Assembly: GCA_964565125.1 (NCBI GenBank) | Contig: CAZMCX010000030.1 | Span: 2,172-8,574 of the forward strand | Length of the DNA stretch: 6,403 nucleotides | DNA from: an uncultured archaeon | GTDB lineage: Archaea > Iainarchaeota > Iainarchaeia > Iainarchaeales > 0-14-0-20-30-16 | Direction of reading: 5' to 3' | Shown here: piece by piece, positions 4,532-6,403 of the stretch | Numbering within the stretch: the stretch's first letter is position 1 | Layout: each line of letters opens with the position of its first letter | Made by a program: the position numbers and the translations under genes | The notes under the pieces: model-generated | What the model was told of the DNA's origin: nothing | Databases searched by the model: none | Seen by the model: the letters and a program-made list of their open reading frames with translations, nothing else

Positions 4532-5191
4532 TTGAATAAAAATTTAGTAGAATTCTTGAAAAAAGTGGTAGTAGAGTCTAAACCAAGAAAATTCCCACAA
4601 TCAATAGACGTTAGTATCAACTTTAAAAATATAAACTTTAAGCAACCTCAGAATAGAGTAGAAGTAAATGTTGAAATACCAAAGCCTTTTGGAAAAAAGA
4701 TGAGGGTTTTACTATTTGCTTCAGATCAAGGTGTAAAGAGCGAGTTAAAAGATGTTGCTGAGAAGATAATTGGAATTGAAGAGATACCTAATCTGGATAA
4801 GAAAGCAATAAAGAAAATTGCTGTTGGTTATGATTTATTCTTTGCGGAGAATAAAGCTATGCAAACTGTTGGTAAGTATTTAGGACAGACTTTAGCTCCA
4901 AGAGGAAAAATGCCGAAGTTGGCTTTAGCAAATAAAAACGCAATGTTGGCCCTGATAAACAAGGAGCAAAACTCTATAAAAATAACAAACAAAAAAGGTA
5001 AGTTTTTGCCAACAGTACATTTTAAGATTGGATACGAAAAAATGTCTGCAGAAGATTTGGCAATGAACTTGGGGGCAGCAATGGAGAAATTGATTGCGGC
5101 TTTGCCATCTAAAGAGCAGAATATTAAATCAATTTATGTAAAAACTACAATGGGAACAGCATCACAAGCAGATATTAAGTTTTTCTTGTAA
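4532..5191 (+). CDS. rpl1: 50S ribosomal protein L1 (uL1), TTG start
   Basis: 219 aa. PRKFPQSIDVSINFKNI, VEIPKPFGKKMRVLLFA, YDLFFAENKAMQTVGKYLGQTLAPRGKMPK match the conserved uL1 blocks (F.ES.D..I.L and LG..LGPRGKMP). A strong SD GGAGG lies 7 nt upstream of TTG. Confidence 0.93.
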   Translation: MNKNLVEFLKKVVVESKPRKFPQSIDVSINFKNINFKQPQNRVEVNVEIPKPFGKKMRVLLFASDQGVKSELKDVAEKIIGIEEIPNLDKKAIKKIAVGYDLFFAENKAMQTVGKYLGQTLAPRGKMPKLALANKNAMLALINKEQNSIKITNKKGKFLPTVHFKIGYEKMSAEDLAMNLGAAMEKLIAALPSKEQNIKSIYVKTTMGTASQADIKFFL

Positions 5192-5204
5192 GGTTTAACT
5201 GAGT

Positions 5205-5218
5205 GTGATATTTATGAT
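5205..5218 (+). repeat. Left copy of the perfect 14-nt direct repeat GTGATATTTATGAT (decoy SD plus ATG)
   Basis: Identical to 5276..5289, which is the genuine rpl10 SD, spacer, ATG and next 2 nt. The two copies are 71 nt apart and bracket hairpin copy B. Confidence 0.85.
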
Positions 5219-5266
5219 CAAGTTTGAATTTATGCTCACAAGGTTCGCAGAAATGTCAAACAGGAC
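5219..5266 (+). promoter_or_regulatory. Conserved structured element, copy B (rpl1-rpl10 intercistronic spacer)
   Basis: CAA-GTTTGA(5222-5227)-ATTT(5228-5231)-A-TGC(5233-5235)-loop tcacaaggttc-GCA(5247-5249)-G-AAAT(5251-5254)-G-TCAAAC(5256-5261)-AGGAC. This is the same architecture as copy A. Confidence 0.6.
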
Positions 5267-5275
5267 CATAAAAAG

Positions 5276-5289
5276 GTGATATTTATGAT
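5276..5289 (+). repeat. Right copy of the 14-nt direct repeat; this is the real rpl10 ribosome-binding site and start
   Basis: GGTGAT (5275..5280), spacer ATTT, then ATG at 5285. Confidence 0.85.
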
Positions 5290-6088
5290 ACAAAGAAAAG
5301 GCCATAATAGGCAGTGGAAAGAAAAGCAGTTGGAAAAAGTAACATCAAAGTTTAATGATTATCCTACTATTGCAATTGCTACTGTTGAAGCTTTACCTGC
5401 AGCAATTGAGAGAAAATACAGGGATATTTTAAAGAAAAATGATTCTTGTATATTTGCAATAAAGAATAAGCCGGTAATGAAATTCTTTGAAGAATCAAAG
5501 TTGTCTTTAGGCGATAAAATAAAGGGGACTTCGGTTGTAATTTTATCAAAGAAGAGCCCATTTGAATTATTTGCATTAATAAAGAAAAATGCTGGTTTAA
5601 CTGCTGCAAAAGTAGGATCAGTAGTTGATATTTCTATAGAAGTTCCTGAAGGAGACACAGGGATTGCTGCAGGTCCAGCATTATCTGACTTTAAGGCATT
5701 AAAATTAGATACACAAATAAGAAATGGAAAAATTTTTATTGCTAAGCCAAAGGTTGTTATTGAGCCTGGCCAAAAAGTTGATGAAAAAATAGCTACAATC
5801 TTAAATAAGCTAAAAATAAAACCAATGAAAGTTTATATGAAGATTTTAGGGGTTTACAATAAAACAGAATCATTATTATACTTACCAGAAGCATTGGACG
5901 TTGATTATGACGTTTATAGAGGAAAGTTTGCTAAGGCTTATAACGAGGCAACTTCGGTGGCAATTGAAGCCCGTTATATAGCTAAAGAAATTGTTGATAA
6001 ATTTATTGCTAAGGCATATAGAGAAGCTAAAGCAGTTTCTTTAAAAACTACTAAAGAAGATGGTAAGGCAGAAGAAGTAAAAGGATAG
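5285..6088 (+). CDS. rpl10: 50S ribosomal stalk protein P0 (uL10), unusually short and without the conserved C-terminal tail
   Basis: RQWKEKQLEKVTSKFNDYPTIAIATVEALPAAIERKYRDIL matches the archaeal P0 N-terminus (.EWK..EV.EL......YP...I.....IPA..L..IR). The gene lies between rpl1 and rpl12. I place the start at ATG 5285 (SD GGTGAT 4 nt upstream) rather than the track's GTG at 5276, which lies inside the SD. This gives 267 aa ending ...KTTKEDGKAEEVKG*. Confidence 0.9.
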   Translation: MIQRKGHNRQWKEKQLEKVTSKFNDYPTIAIATVEALPAAIERKYRDILKKNDSCIFAIKNKPVMKFFEESKLSLGDKIKGTSVVILSKKSPFELFALIKKNAGLTAAKVGSVVDISIEVPEGDTGIAAGPALSDFKALKLDTQIRNGKIFIAKPKVVIEPGQKVDEKIATILNKLKIKPMKVYMKILGVYNKTESLLYLPEALDVDYDVYRGKFAKAYNEATSVAIEARYIAKEIVDKFIAKAYREAKAVSLKTTKEDGKAEEVKG

Positions 6089-6112
6089 GAGATTATACTA
6101 AGAGGTGAAACT

Positions 6113-6403
6113 ATGCAATATGTATATGCGGCGATGTTACTGCATTCAGCAAAGAAGGAAATAAATGAAGCTGCAGTTGAAAAGATAATTAACGCTGTAG
6201 GTTTAGAACTAGACAAAGGAAAAGTAAAGGCATTAGTAGAAGCTTTAAAAGAAGTAAACATAGATGAGGTAATTAAGCAAGCATCTACTGTAGTAGCTGT
6301 AGCTCCTGCTGGTTCCGCAAAAGCTGAAGCAAAAGAAGAAGTAAAGGATGATAAGAAAACAGAAGAAGAAGCTGCTGCTGGATTGGGTTCATTGTTCGGT
6401 TAG
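6113..6403 (+). CDS. rpl12: 50S ribosomal stalk protein P1 (archaeal L12)
   Basis: MQYVYAAMLLHSAKKEINEAAVEKIINAVGLELD...VKALVEALKEVNIDEVI... is followed by an Ala/Glu/Lys-rich linker and the canonical tail EEEAAAGLGSLFG*. SD GAGGTGA lies 4 nt upstream of the ATG. The stop TAG is the last codon of the window. Confidence 0.95.
   Translation: MQYVYAAMLLHSAKKEINEAAVEKIINAVGLELDKGKVKALVEALKEVNIDEVIKQASTVVAVAPAGSAKAEAKEEVKDDKKTEEEAAAGLGSLFG

Noticed and set aside
4164-6261. Antisense ORFs 4164..4439(-), 5359..5658(-), 5379..5609(-) and 5974..6261(-)
   Set aside because: They are shadows of spt5, rpl10 and rpl12. They have no RBS and no recognisable domains, and they overlap conserved genes completely.
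1-6403. CRISPR arrays, tRNA or rRNA genes, transposases or integrases
   Set aside because: There are no regularly spaced repeats beyond the two-copy hairpin element, no cloverleaf-compatible GC-rich segments, and no ORF with recombinase or transposase motifs. The intergenic space is too small to hide them.

Overview
Visibly AT-rich archaeal chromosomal segment. The small proteins, tight gene spacing and reduced ribosomal stalk protein suggest a small-genome, possibly DPANN-like archaeon; that assignment is inference only. The plus strand carries the conserved archaeal cluster ftsZ - secE - spt5(nusG) - rpl1 - rpl10(P0) - rpl12(P1), but the rpl11 gene that normally follows nusG is absent. A divergent minus-strand operon encodes an orphan protein with a polyacidic tail, peptidyl-tRNA hydrolase Pth2, two membrane-anchored orphan proteins, and possibly a tiny ORF that lacks a canonical start codon. 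The most interesting signal is non-coding. A conserved hairpin element of about 46 nt occurs twice, in the secE leader and in the rpl1-rpl10 spacer. The two copies share the same stem, bulge and internal-loop geometry and differ by one compensatory base-pair change. Each copy is bracketed by a locus-specific duplicate of the downstream gene's Shine-Dalgarno and start codon region. This fits either an undescribed cis-regulatory RNA or leader device of the stalk and secE-spt5 operons, or a miniature insertion element that targets translation-initiation regions. Secondary observations: P0 is truncated, with only two spine-helix repeats and no conserved C-terminal tail. Twin hairpins abut the SD of the TTG-initiated rpl1. 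A palindrome lies in the ftsZ promoter. Several ORF-track starts appear over-extended. I found no tRNA or rRNA genes, CRISPR arrays or transposase genes.
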